Source: Lama guanicoe (Eukaryota). Taken from it: a stretch of 64,000 bases of DNA. Below the pieces are notes generated by a model. That model was given only the letters and a program-made list of their open reading frames with translations. It was not told the origin of the DNA and searched no databases. The stretch covers positions 7,223,095 to 7,287,094 of the forward strand of contig MU054391.1 of assembly GCA_013239625.1 (NCBI GenBank), given 5' to 3'. Made by a program: the position numbers and the translations under genes. Positions 38,381 to 51,245 of the stretch are shown here, piece by piece; position 1 is the stretch's first letter; each line of letters begins with the position of its first letter.

Positions 38381-41300
38381 TCCTGTCTTCCATTTTTTAA
38401 AATATATGTTTTAAGCATAGTATAATTCATTGTTTTTTCACTTAATATAACATAAGCATTTCCTCCTGGTATTAAAAAAAACTTTATAAGCACCATTTTT
38501 TAAAAACAGAAGCAAAATTCTTTACTGAGTAAATGTGCCATAAATTATTTAGTGGTTCAAATTATTGGCCAGATACATTGCTTTGGAATAATTCAAGCAA
38601 TTAATTATTTAATGAGTAATTAAAAGTTGTGCTTCATTGAGCATATTTATGTATTACATGTCATGTGCCAGAAATTGACTTCCTGGGTAAGCTGACATCA
38701 AATTCTTTGGCTCCTGATGACTGGTGCTTTGTGTTTTCCTCATGTGGATAGCTTAGCAGTCTTGAGTTTTCGGTTTTCTCTCTCCTTCTCTCTTCCCCGT
38801 TAGCTCCTGAGTTCCCTAGAATCAGTGACTTGTATTTTTCTTTGTATCTAGTACCCAGGGCAGTGCTTGGCTTATGGAAGATCCTCAAGAAACAGTAATT
38901 AACCAAAATAATGTCTCATTTATGCCTAAAAGAGGTGTCCTAATTTTCAATAGTGCCTGCATTTTCACCAAAACCTAGAGGACATTGAGAAGATCAGTAA
39001 AGTCAACAAAAAAGGCAACCTATGTTGGGAGGTGAAAAATGTTACCTTGTTATTGTGATAGTTTGTAAACAAGAAGAGTTGTAAGTAAAAAGTGCAAGGT
39101 GATAAAACAGCCCCGGGGGCCCTCTTGCATGCTTGGAATCCTGATTTCATTGTTTATAAAACGAGAATAAAAATACTCTATTTATCACAGCAGATAGTTG
39201 TGCAGACCTAGCAAAGGGTAGTGTGTGTGTGGTGAAGAAACCGTGCCTTTGATCCTAGTACTGGACAAAGTTGGGTCAGAGCAGTTGGGGCTAAAAGTGG
39301 CCAGAATGCAGACATGTTGCTGTTGGTGACTCAGCACTTCATATCTGCATCTTGAGTGATCGGTGTCTACACAGATCGTGTTTGAAGATGGGGCCACTGA
39401 GTGGAGACCAGATGGGAATGACCTCCCTAGAGCTAGGGATGCTACAGAAATAAGTGAGGAAAGTCAGTAGAAGCTGGGCCACAGTCTGAGAGACCCTGTT
39501 CTGTACCGGGGGTTGGCTGTGGTAATAAAAGAAACCTTCTGTGTATTAAACAATACATGCATTGTCTGTAGTTATGCTACAATTAACTGTTTAGTAAATT
39601 TAACCAAGAGAAGTAGATGGACCCATGTCCACCAGTTACTGATTGCATTAACTTGGGGTGAGTTTTCAAACTTACGTTACTAGGGCTGAAAAAAGGGCTT
39701 CTTGTGATGACTAAATCAAATAATATACGTGACATATCTAGCATCATGACTTAGAATACATTTTCCAAAGTAGTGCTTAATGGAGATTGTAAATGCATTA
39801 ACATCGCAAGTCAATAATAGAACATTCCAGAACTTTTTGAAGGAGCAGATTAGAAGCCATTTGAATGGAGAGAGTACCTTCTTGAGATGTTGAGTGTTTG
39901 GAGCAGTCTAGCTGCACTCAAAATGGAACCTGAACCAGGCTTATTTTTGTTTGGGTCAGAAGGGAGGGGTGGCGGTTTCAAAGGGCCTCAATTCTAGTTA
40001 AACTAATTGCCAGGCTTGAGGAACTGTGCATCCCAAGAGTAAAATCTATTAGCCTTTAGGCTTCTCTTCTAAATCTCTTTAGGGTTTGGCTGACTCCGTC
40101 TCTGTTTTTGAAAAGGAGCAGAAAGATTGAAAGATTTGCAGCCTAAGCCATGGCTGCCTGTGGAAACGTTCGGGTCTTCCGGGCAGGGGTGAGCGTGTCC
40201 CTACGTCGCTGGCAGGGCAGACACGCTCCTTTGGTTAAGGGCAGAGGCATCCGCATCCTGGGTGGGATTCCAGCCAAGATAACCCACAACATAGTTGAAC
40301 TCCTCTCTTCTCCCCTGCGATGATGCTAGGTTGCACAATTTCCTCCACATCTTGTCTTTTTTAGTATATCTCATCACATGCAGAACATGACTTGGAAGTG
40401 GAGAGCCCAGATCACTGAGGGAGGACACAGTTCTTGTCCCTCTGCATGAGATACACGCAGCAGTTCCTGAGGCTGGTTGCAAAGCAGGGAAGAGTACATG
40501 CCAAGGCCCCTGGGCCTGGGGTTGGGGGTAGGGTGGGGGATGGGGGTAGGGGATGGGGGCTGGGAGTGGGTAGGTACAGAGGAGAGGAGAGTTTCTGAAG
40601 CTGGGCCTGGCTTGCAGGAATCCCCTGGGCAGCCTGTACCCTCTGTGGGTCTGCGTGTAACCCAGACAGCTTCTCCCCAGACTTGCCCTGACCCTGAACA
40701 AAGGTGCGCTAGAAGCATCTGGAGTCAGCCTTGCTGGAACGTGAGCAGAGGCCCTGCTCTTGTGCCGTGGTGTTTCCTCTCCTGTTTCCTGCTTCAAGGA
40801 GGGAGGGGTGGGGGAGCACAGGATGCTGAAGGGACAGCCAGGACCCCTTCCCATGCTGGGACCTCCTCCAGGGTGGACACCAGGCTTCATCTCTGTTTCC
40901 CAGCATGGGGCATGTGGCAGGCCCTTCTAGGGGGCATGTCTGCCCATGTGGGCCTTGGCAGTGCTTCTCCTTGGGCACTGAGTGCAGAAGGGGCAAAACC
41001 CCACTGTCTGGAGGGCACTTGACCTCGTGGGCACTGCCTGTAGAGGTGGGACTCGTGGTACCAAATCGCTCCTCCTCTCAAACCATGCCTCCTCCGTGCA
41101 GATGAGAAAAATCATGCCCACAGCCTTCCAGGGCTGTAGTAACGACTAAGTCAGAGTGTTGGTGCCCTGCCATGGACAGCGCCTGGCACAGAAACAGACT
41201 CTCAGCAAAAGTTAGTGAGCTGCCTCCCTCCCTCTCCTTTCTTTGTTTCTGGGTTTTTCAGACTCTCTGAGAATTGTTCCATCTCAGGAGGAGTGGAGGT

Positions 41301-42429
41301 AGCACTGGGCTTTGAGCCTGAGTATCTGGATTTTTGAGCAGGATTTGCCTCTTCCCTGCTTCCTGGCCCTGAGGGAAACACCGAGTTCTCCTCTGGGGCA
41401 CTGGCCCTGGCATCACACAGTCTATACTTTAAATCTACATCTCCACTGATGAGCTGGGCAAATTGCTTAACCTCTCTCTGTCTCTGTCCTTATCTGTAAA
41501 CCGAGGATAAGAGTGGTTTCTGCCTCCTTCTAATGGGGATTACACGAAATTAACACTTGTAAAATGCCTAGTGAATGCTGTTTGAGGTTTAGCTATTATT
41601 TCCTTATCTGCAAAATTAAAATGGGCATAGTAGTACTAGCCTTGATCACATGGATGGATACAAGCTGATAGAATAAAGAAGGTGAAAACAACTTTGAAAT
41701 CTGTGGAGTACCACACACACCTGAGTCTTGTTGTATCATCCCCCGAGCCTTCCTAGTGGCTCTGTACTCAAAATCTGCTTCTCTGGGCAAATGACATCCC
41801 TACCTTGTGCCCCCATGAACTTCTGTTACAGCACCTGTAACTCTTATTTGCCTTTTTGTTTACCTGTATGACCCCCTCACTAGACTGTACCCATCTTGTG
41901 CTAAGAGAATGCATCCAATTTGTTTCTATACCCCCAGTGCCTAGCTGGGGCTATGCAATAAATGTTAGTGGACTGAATGCAGAACTTACTGCAAAGGAAA
42001 CAGAAGCTGACTTGGAACCCTTTGCCCACAACTCTGGACCTTTATAACTCACTGGTAAGCAAAGAAAATCTGCTTCAATTTCTAACACCTGTCTGGATTT
42101 GTGTGTATTAATATAGTAACAGATTTCAATACAGCTAGTCAATTTGTCATATAGGAGGTGCTCAGCCAAAAAAAAAAAATGAGTCCAGGGAAATATTAAG
42201 CAGGCAGATCTTCCCATAAATTAACTTCCATTTGTAAGTCTTACTGCTGTTGGGATCATACTATAGGTATTGTTTTGCAATATGCTTTTATAATATTTAA
42301 CGTACCATGTAATATTTTTCCAAGTCATTGATTTTTTTCTGGGATGACTTCTCACTAGTTGTATAATATTTCATTAAGTATGCATGCCATAAATTATTTA
42401 AATATCATGCAATTTTGGGCAGAGTGCCT

Positions 42430-43010
42430 AGATGGAATTTCAGTCTCTTTGAAGGGGAGCTCTTAAGCAAACAGCCACATAAATAAATGCAAAATTAGAT
42501 CGGGGTGAGGGCTATGAAGGGGAGGTGTGTAGTGTCATCAGAGGGTGTGGCAGGGAGATTTTATTTGGTCAGAAAGTCATGAATGAGCTGTGAACTGAGG
42601 GCATGTGGGAATCAAACAGATACAGTGAATATCCAGGAACAGTGCAGGGAAAAGGGAAGAGGGCCAAGAAGAGACCTTGGGGAATGTCAGGAGTTAAAAT
42701 TGTTCTTATTAAAAGAGAGGTCCATGGTGGAGATAGAGAAGGACAAATAGATAAAAGAGACAGGAAGAGACCTAAGAGAGGCACTTCGGAAGCCAAAGGA
42801 AAAGACAGGTGCAGTGTTAAAATGCTTCAGGGAGATCAAGTAAGACACAGGTAGTGAAAAATGTCCATTGGTATAGAAAGTCTTATGTGACTAGCGACCT
42901 CCAAGGAGGTAGCTTCATTGGAAAAGTTGTCTCAGAAGCCATATTAATTGGAAGTGAATGGAGAGGTGGTTGGAGAAGTGGAAATATTCAGAGTGGACTA
43001 TATTTTTTTG
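42430..43010 (-). mobile_element. L2 fragment
   Basis: Purine-rich decayed L2 body (ggtcagaaagtcatg, gaaaaatgtccattgg, cagaagcca). Confidence 0.55.
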
Positions 43011-43540
43011 GAACATGTTTATGCAAGTGATGAGGGCGTAGGTGATTGCTACACCAGAACACGGGGTCAAGGCATGGATCTAGCTTCACCTCCTCTGGGA
43101 GCTCTTCTGTCTCACACCCACTGGGATATCATCCCATCTTCCTGTGCCCACAGCCCCCTGCACTCACTCCCCTTGGGGGCCCGGCCCAATCAGAGGGTGG
43201 CTTTTGTTTGCTTGTCTGTCTGTCTACTTTTGGTAAGACATCTGTGGGTGAGAAGTGAGTGTTAGATTGCTAGTATAGTGTCTTTCAATAAGTACTGAAT
43301 ATTTGTTGAATGAGTTTTTAAAAAATCTGACGTTCGATCAGACACAGATGTTAAGAAATTAGCAGAGAAGAGGATAAATAGAAGAGAGGAGTGATGACAC
43401 AACGTTGCGGTGTAGATGAAGGGCTGACTCTGAAGTAGAAGGGGGACACTTCCTCTGAGTCAGGAGAAGAGAGTGGGGATGGGAGCAAATGCGCACAGAC
43501 AGGTTCAAAGACAGGGGCAGGAATTTGAGAGTTCGCGTCT

Positions 43541-43695
43541 TTTTTTAACCAATTAATTAATTTATGGAGGAGGTAATTAGGCTTTCATTTATTTATTTAT
43601 TTTAATGGAGGTACTGAGGATTGAACTCAGGACCTCATGCATGCTAGGCACTCACTCTGCCACTGAGCTATGCCCACCCTCTTCCCCTCCTCCAC
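43541..43695 (-). mobile_element. Camelid Vic-1-type SINE
   Basis: ggaggtactgaggattgaactcaggacctcatgcatgctagg...cactgagctatg; TSD core tgagagttc at 43526-43534 and 43696-43704. Confidence 0.85.
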
Positions 43696-44174
43696 TGAGA
43701 GTTCATTTCTGATAGTCTCAATTTTCTCAGTGAAATATTTGAAAAGATTATCTACTGAGATAGGGTGGCGGAGCCAGGGAGGGGAGGAGCTGGACTAGGA
43801 CAGAGAAGGTTTGTAACAACCAACAAGGGTGATGACATGGGAGTTTGATGGGTTAAACATGGCAGGATCACTGAGCCTCCATGAGGGCCTGACTGAGTTT
43901 GGAGACCTCAGAGGTGCTGAATGATGTTAAGCTTAATGCCTGCATTATTAAACAATATTCACACATCAGAGACACTGGGGTGTATACTCTGGGAGGCATG
44001 AGTCTGTCTGTCTTTCTCACCACATATGAGTAGCTGCACATGAAGTCACCAGGTTTTTTCCCCAACGGGTCCTAAGAAACCCGCTTAGGGCAAGGGCAAG
44101 ACTAGAAACCCAGTGGAGCTGATGACGCGTGGAAGAGTTAGCTTTCATCCCGGCCTTTGAGAAACGCACAGTCT

Positions 44175-44293
44175 GGGGGGCTTCAGGATGGCGGAATAGA
44201 TGGACACGGAGCTTGCCCTCTCCCACAAAAACATCAGAAACACACCCACGTGGGCAGTAATCCTCACAGAATGCCTACTGAGCGCTGGCAGAG
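44175..44293 (+). mobile_element. Isolated L1 5'-UTR start fragment
   Basis: ggggggcttcaggatggcggaatag...cccacaaaaacatcagaaacacacccacgtgg...cctactgagcgctggcagag resembles the first ~120 nt of cetartiodactyl L1, including the YY1-type GATGGCGG. Confidence 0.7.
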
Positions 44294-44523
44294 GAAACAC
44301 AGCCTGGAGGCTGAGGCAGATGTGTTTGCAGGATTGCTTTCCTTCGGTGTTGGGGCAGGAGGAGTTGCCATCTCCCTGTCACCCACAACCACGGGTCTTT
44401 CACTCTTTGTTATCTGATGTAGAATTTTTACTGGGTTAAGTTCATTGTCTGTTTCGCGGACCACTCTCTGATGCTCGATCAGTTCTAATGAATGAGAATT
44501 AGGTTACAGTTTTTGGAAACATT

Positions 44524-45072
44524 TGTCTTGAAATATGGATTTTATTATTATTTAGGTATGGCAGAGCCAACAGATCAGGAAATGCCTGCCATTGATAAGA
44601 TAGTTTGTTATATTCACAAATCCCAAGAGGAAGGGCAGGCCATACCATGGGGTGGCCACATGAGGTCAGTGAGGAGTCAGAGGGAAAGGGGAAAATTGTG
44701 GGCAAGAGCCTTTACTATGGTTTCCGTAAGAAAGAAATGGACAGGCAGGGTGAGCGGGTTTCAGATTGCCTACTTTGAATAGTTTCAGTGGGCTCTGGGG
44801 TGTAGGGGCTCTCCCTCCCTAATTGGCTCGTACCTGGCCCTTGCGTGATTAGGGCAGGTGGAGAGTGGCTTGGAGTGTGAGAGCCTGACCCAGGAGGTGG
44901 TGGGATGTGGGCTCTGATTTGGTTGGTTTGCATTTGAAAGTCAAGCTCTCTAGAGACTCATTGAGGGTCTCTAGAAACTGCTAACCCTATGAGGGGCAGT
45001 TCCTCCAGGATCAGCAAGACCCCAAGATATCAGAGCATCAGAATGGAGAAATTAAAGGACATAGGTGCTACA
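44524..45072 (-). mobile_element. MER76-like ERV-L solo LTR
   Basis: ccaacagatcaggaaatgcctgccattgataagatagtttgtta...tttgaatagtttcagtgggctctgggg; TG...CA ends. Confidence 0.72.
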
Positions 45073-46429
45073 AGCCAGAAGTAGAAAGGATTATTACTAG
45101 GAGTTGCTTGTGGAGTGACATTTTGAATCCAGGCATCTGTGCTGAAGTGGCATTTGCTGTCTAGCTTTTGGGGCCTGGTTTGGTTAGAGCAGGGCTGTGC
45201 CCACTGTAAAATGGCAAGAACATTTGGGCATTTTTCAGATCAGATGGGATCTCTTGGGAACTCTCACGTAGCATCTGGGCTGTGGAGAATGGGTGTGATT
45301 TTCTGGTCTCTAGGTGTTAGTTGGAGGTTATCAGAGAAGAGGGGAGAAAGATTTTTTCTCTGCACAGAGCTCAGGGAATGGCCCTGCTCTGCTTGACAAA
45401 AGCACAGATCCCTCCTCAAACATGTGATTTGTTAAATAAGTCGTTAGATTCTGGGGATCCAGATGTGAATGCCCCTGGGGCCAAGGGCTCCCCTTCTATT
45501 TAACAATAGAAACAAGTAAATAGATCTGGCAGATAGGGCGATGGGCAGACTGGGATTGTGGGGCCATGGCCATCATTAAGGCTCCGAGATGCTTCTTTGC
45601 AGCATCGTTGTGGGTGCAGAATTAGTCTCCTGCCCGTGCTGTGTGTGTCTTTTGACTCCATCAGCTGCATCCCTGTTGACCTCAAGCTCAGTGCTGAGTG
45701 AAATGAGATGGGCTGACTTCCCGTGTGTTTGCCCAGGGCCCCTTATGGTCAGAACTGGAACTTGATCTGCACTGGAGACCTTGTCCTGATCATGTTTCCC
45801 TTCCACATGTGTGTGTCAAGGTCCGTGGGCTCCATTTAGCTTAACCCCGCCCTCCTACCCCCATGTCTTGTTTCAGCTCCCTGTTTCCCATTGCATGGAG
45901 GCAGAGAGAGTCAACCTGGAGACAGAGACTGGCTGGGAGCCACAGGTGTGGTGGCTTCCTCCTGGTGGGTCCTCATTCACTTGGCTCTGTACCACCTCCT
46001 TCAAACCCACGCACTTTGCAAAGCCTGCCTCCCAGCTCCTCTGGGCCACTACGAAGCTACTGAGGCCAAATGACAGGCATGGAAATCATAGTTGGAAAGG
46101 GTCAGAGCTATGCTGATGTTAACACTTGAATTACCCTTTACTATCTATAAACTATATTCATAACGTGTATGTCACAACAAAACTTTTGAGGTTACTGTTA
46201 TTATTTCCTCTTTGGCAAAGTGAAAGATCAGAATGTCTTGAGACCTGTTCAGGATCCCAGAACTGGACGTTCATGGCTGGGAGGTCACATTTTCCTGACT
46301 TTGAGTCCAGCAATCTGGACACCCTTCTCTGTTATTGCAAATTGATGGCTTTAAATCAGATTTTCCAAAGAAAGCTCTGTCTGTTTTGGGGGATGTTTAT
46401 AGCTGGAAAAACAACATAGGGTTTCATGA

Positions 46430-46640
46430 ACAGATCTTTTTGGGAAACATTATGAAACATGATGAAATGATTTTATTTACTGTGGGATCCTTAGAGCCTT
46501 TAACATGTTAATTGCATCATGACCTTCAGGAAAGACATGTGATATGCCACTTTTTTTTTTGTTCCTTTTTAGACCATGGGTCTATTTTTCTAAGAACATT
46601 TTGGAGAATGTTCTTAGGAGCTCACTTTGGGAAATGCTGT
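46430..46640. mobile_element. MER103C-like hAT-Charlie element
   Basis: ttagagcctttaacatgttaattgcat and terminal cactttgggaaatgctg. Confidence 0.55.
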
Positions 46641-47180
46641 CTCAAAGTGTTAGGATATTTTGGTTTGAACAAAGAATCTGGAAATAAATGGTTTCTGAGA
46701 CCAGAGTGAAGAGTTTCTAATGGTGGGAGCTCTGGCATCTGCTCTGGTTGGTGACGGTGGTGTTTAAGGAAAGAAAGCATTCGAGGCTGATGCTGTGGCA
46801 GCCACCACTGGAAGAACAGATCTGAGAACCCACTTCTCTGTTTCTTTTGTCAGCCCCAGTAGGAAAGAGGTCATGGTAGAGAAGAGGGGGGAAAAAGTGT
46901 CCATCTAGCACATTTGTCTGTTGTTCCTTTAGGGGTGGCCAGTTGAGTGGGTGTCAAGGAAGCCACCCTGCAACCAGGAGCCTAAGACCCTGGTCATGGG
47001 TCGTGGGAGCCCCCTGAGAGTTTTCTAGGCCTTGTCCATCTTTTAAGCTGTTCATATAACCCTGGGGAATCCAAGCCAGGCGGAAGATTTCCAAAGGTTG
47101 CATGGAAGCTGAGAAGAATTGCACCAAAGATGCCAAGCACGGAATTGAACCCCAAAGAGAGAAACAACATTGTGATTAAG

Positions 47181-47228
47181 GCATGGAGCTCCAGATGCAG
47201 CCTGCTGTCTGCATCTGGAGCTCCATGC
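47181..47228. repeat. Perfect 20-bp inverted repeat with an 8-nt spacer
   Basis: gcatggagctccagatgcag (47181-47200) - cctgctgt - ctgcatctggagctccatgc (47209-47228). Confidence 0.98.
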
Positions 47229-47661
47229 GATGTCTGAGGGGCCGGCGGGTGTCAGCTCGGGCAGGGCCCCCTTGCCCTGGCCTGCCTCCTCCCAGCTGTT
47301 CCCAAGCTGCCAACAGCACCCAGTGGCTGGGAGCTGGACTCTCCCTCGTCTGTAATGAGTTCTGTGCACGTTTCATTTGACCTGTAGTGCCTGCCTGTGG
47401 CTTTCATTTGGACCGGCTTTCTGAGGACCATGGGGACGGTCCTGAGGTCCTGTATTAGATGAGGGAGGCTCCAGGAGGTCTTGGTGGCCAAGAGTTAAAA
47501 AAAGAAAAAGGAAATGAATTTGTGGAAGAACAGTTCTCAAAGTACTGCTGTTTTGTAAGGATCTTCTCAGGAAGAAAGTGTGACAAAATTAAAAGAGGAA
47601 AAAAGTCTATTTTCTGTGATGGACTCTTGAATAATTTCCAGAAAAATATCATTCTTATCAT

Positions 47662-47708
47662 TATCTATCTATCTACCTACCTACCTACCTACCTATCTTT
47701 CTATCTGT
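47662..47708. repeat. (TCTA)n(CCTA)n tetranucleotide microsatellite
   Basis: tatctatctatctacctacctacctacctacctatc. Confidence 0.9.
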
Positions 47709-50700
47709 CTCCATGATGGAGACCCTGCATCTGGGTAGATTTCAGAGGTAAGAGTGGGTCCAGGCATTCCTGCGGGGGCTCCCTGGGCTTCCCCTCAGCC
47801 CACGGGTCTTCCCCTGAGCTCCCCGCTCTTCCCCCAGCTCATCTCTCAGCTCTACGGCACCACCTGCTTCCCCAGTGAGCTCTTCACCACTTTTCACTTA
47901 ACTGATCACTCAGCTCCATTTTCTGGTGAGGCCTCTCACTTCTGTACAAACCCTGACTGATACAGGGCATTGCAGACTTTGCATTTTTATATTTTCCTGA
48001 TGGATTCACTTTTTTTCATTGTCATGAAACTGCTCTCCTTATTTCTAGGGTTTTTTTTCTTTTGCTTTATAGCCAAAGTGACTTTGTTTTATGGTCACAC
48101 AGTGAATCCATATTTATTTTGGTTAGTGTTTGCATGAAGTATTTTTTTCTTTCTTTTTACTCTTGTCCTTTTTGCATCCTTGTTTTTAAGGTGTTTTTGT
48201 AACTAGTTGGGTTTTGTTCATTCTTGTCCCTCAGGTGTCACCTTTCTGGGGTTCCAACACGAAGCCCGGGTGGTACCAGACCTTTTCTCCTTGAGACTGT
48301 CGAAATCTCTGCAGTTCTCAGCTTCTCACTGCCAGCTTTCTGATCAAGAACAAAAACTAGCCAAATATTGTAATTCCCCTCTCTTGGCTTCCCTTCTTTT
48401 CAGACTTTTAGACCCGGAAATCTTTTCTCCCTTAGTGGTCTTCCAATACCTTCAAATGTATTAAAAAAAATTTGTCTAGCTTTTCTGGTTGTCTTGGAAG
48501 GAGGATTGTTTTGAAATAAGTGAATCTTCTATTGCTGGAAGCAGAAATCTGGAAATATTCAGGCAGGAAAAAAGAATCAATCTCTTTATGAAACTGGTAG
48601 ACTTAAGCATCCATCCCAAACAAGCACAGTAAGAAAGAAACATACATCACACACACGGATCTCTCAGGACCCAAGCTAGGAGCGCGTAGCTCAGGGAATG
48701 AAGAGATGGAATGGTTATTAAGAGCTGCTAAAGGATGAGAGAGTTAGATTCATGGGGTGGCAAATGCTGTGGTGTTGTCTTGGTTGAAATGAGGACGGAG
48801 GTGGACTAGGGGAACTGGTCTTATTTCATGGGAAGGATCCCAGGCAGCTTGTCTTGCAGTTGGCAAAACTGGAAAGACTATGGGACATAGCGAGGGCCAG
48901 AGGCCCTCTGACACTAAGACAAATGTGGGGGAATCCCTGCTCAGGGAAACTAGATTAGATTTAGTCAATATTTAAATAAAAAATTTTAAACCAGATGGTT
49001 CTTTGTAGCTAGGTGGTTGTATCTCTTTGCACATTGTTCCACGTCATACTTTAAGTTTGTCATCACTTTCAGTTATTTTATTACAGGGCCCAACACCTAG
49101 AAAACCCTGTGGGGCACTGATGGAAGGAGCTCAGTGAGTATAACAGCAGTGGGTGAGCTGTCTGTGCAGTTCAGCGATTTAAGCATGGGAAAACTATGAT
49201 CGCTGGTTCTCTCACCCTTTAGTAAGCATCATCTTTTAGTGGAAATTACTGGCAATGTGACATGGCATTTTAGGACAGGTTAATCAGCCTCGCCACTGAT
49301 GGCGAACTGTGATGTCAGACTGCAGGGAGCGATGGAGTCAGGTGACTGGGGTTAGGAGCCACTTACCAGCTGGGAGACTTGGAAGGGTGATGTCATCTCC
49401 CTGTGCCTCATTTTCCCTATCTGACTGCCAACCTTACAGTCCACTATGAGGAATAGATGGCTTATGTAGATGAGGTGTATAAAGTGCTCTCCCCAGTGTC
49501 AGTTCTTAGTAAATGTTAATTCTCCACCTTTGCACTTTCTCCATGGGGAACGTAAGTCAGCAAAACTGGTTGAAGTTCAGGAGGGTGCGGTTTTCCCACT
49601 GATGAGGCCAGGACTGACTCAGTCACATCTAAAAAGTTGCCTAGAAGAGTTAGTTCCAAATTCAAATATGACATGATTACCCCACCCAGCAGAATAAGCA
49701 AAGAGCAAAATATGAAAATAGAGGCGCTTCTGCCCCTGTGGACTGAGGGGAACAGGGCTGACCTTAGGAACGCAGTGGAAGGGACCTGTTTCAGGTGGGT
49801 TTCTTTAATTCCTTTTGGCACCTCTGCTACCCCTAAGCAGTTTCAAAGCAGCAGCATCTAAGATGTGGTTCAGAGATGGGGTGCACAGAGGAAGCAGTGC
49901 TTTCAGAGCAACTTTGTGCCACTCCCTATTTTAATTTCAGTTGGTTGTGTAATCATACTAATAGCTAACACTTCTTGGTTTCTTTCTGTGTGCCAGGCAG
50001 TATTTTACGTGCATTAACTGATTTGCCCTCAGTCCCAGAGCTTTTGGAAATTACGATTCATTGCCAGGCAGTCTGGCTCCAGTGCCCTCCTGCACTCCGT
50101 TGCCTCTTTGTATGCAAAATTTGCTTTGTCTTCACTTGAACGTCAGTGAGCGTGCCCCAAACAGAATTCATCATCTTGCCTCCCAGACCTGCTTCTCCTG
50201 CACGGAGGACTTCAGGCTCTGTTGCTTCCACCCACCAGAGCTGGAAACCCAAGAGTTGTGCTTGGCCCCTGCCGGTGACTTGAGGCCTCACATTTAAACA
50301 GTCACCAATCTGTATCAATCCAATCTCTCACATCTGTTTCTGGTACTTCCAGCCCCTCCACCCTTAGGACAACCTTTCCTTTCTTCTTCACCTTCTGAAT
50401 GGACTGTTGGATTAGCCAGGGACCTCCCTGACTCCAGCTCTCCCAGCTCTGCCTATTCTCAGTTTACAGAAAAAGCAGAGAAAATGCTGGTCTCTTCATG
50501 TCAATTTCCTGTTTAAAAGCGCTCTGATGGCCCCTCTGACCTGCAGAAGGCAGTAGAATCTGAAGAGGGCTGGCTCCAGACATAGATGGCTAGGGTGTGA
50601 ATCTCAGCTTCACCATTTAACATTTTTCAGTCTCCTGACTCTTCAGCTTTTCCATTTGAAAATTGAGGATAACTACAAACCCTGCTTTGTGGGTATTGTG

Positions 50701-51245
50701 ACGGTGAGTTGAGATAATGTGTGTAAGGCATTTGGCATCAGGCAGGGTAAGAACTCAGCAGTTGTTGCCTCTTTTTATGATTACTCTATAAAGTTCAAAA
50801 CCCTTGACTTGCCTTATAAATTCCTTTAAATAGGTGATAGTTTCAATCTAATCTCTTGCACGCACCCTAAACATTTCCCCTGCTTTGAGATCCTAAAGCT
50901 CATTATTCCAGGATCATCAGTATTTGGACTGAGTAGCTGCTTTTTATTTTTTTCCCCCTAAAATGTTCTTTATTCCAATTTCATGCCCCGGATGTAGACT
51001 GTATTGAAAGAAGCAAGTGTGACAGGAGAAGGATCCAGGTGTCAGGAGGAGTTCTAGGGTGACTAAGAACCTTCTCGCTTGTGCTAGCGCTTTTATTTGA
51101 AAGTAGCATCAGATTGGGGTACATGGATGCGTGCCCCTTCTTTTCACTCCATCTCTCCCCGCAGCAGAGGGCCCAGAGGTGAGGAGGGACTCAACATGGG
51201 TGTGTACTCATGGGAAGTGGGCACAACTAGAAGCAGATTAATTTA

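Noticed and set aside
40191-40228. 9-bp inverted repeat gagcgtgtc/gacacgctc (and a similar one at ~44949-44975)
   Set aside because: About five such 9-bp stems are expected by chance in 64 kb (64000x20/4^9)
40201-41022. Longest ORFs (229 aa minus, 181 aa plus)
   Set aside because: GC-rich, stop-poor DNA spanning the G-tract; overlapping ORFs on both strands; no recognisable domain
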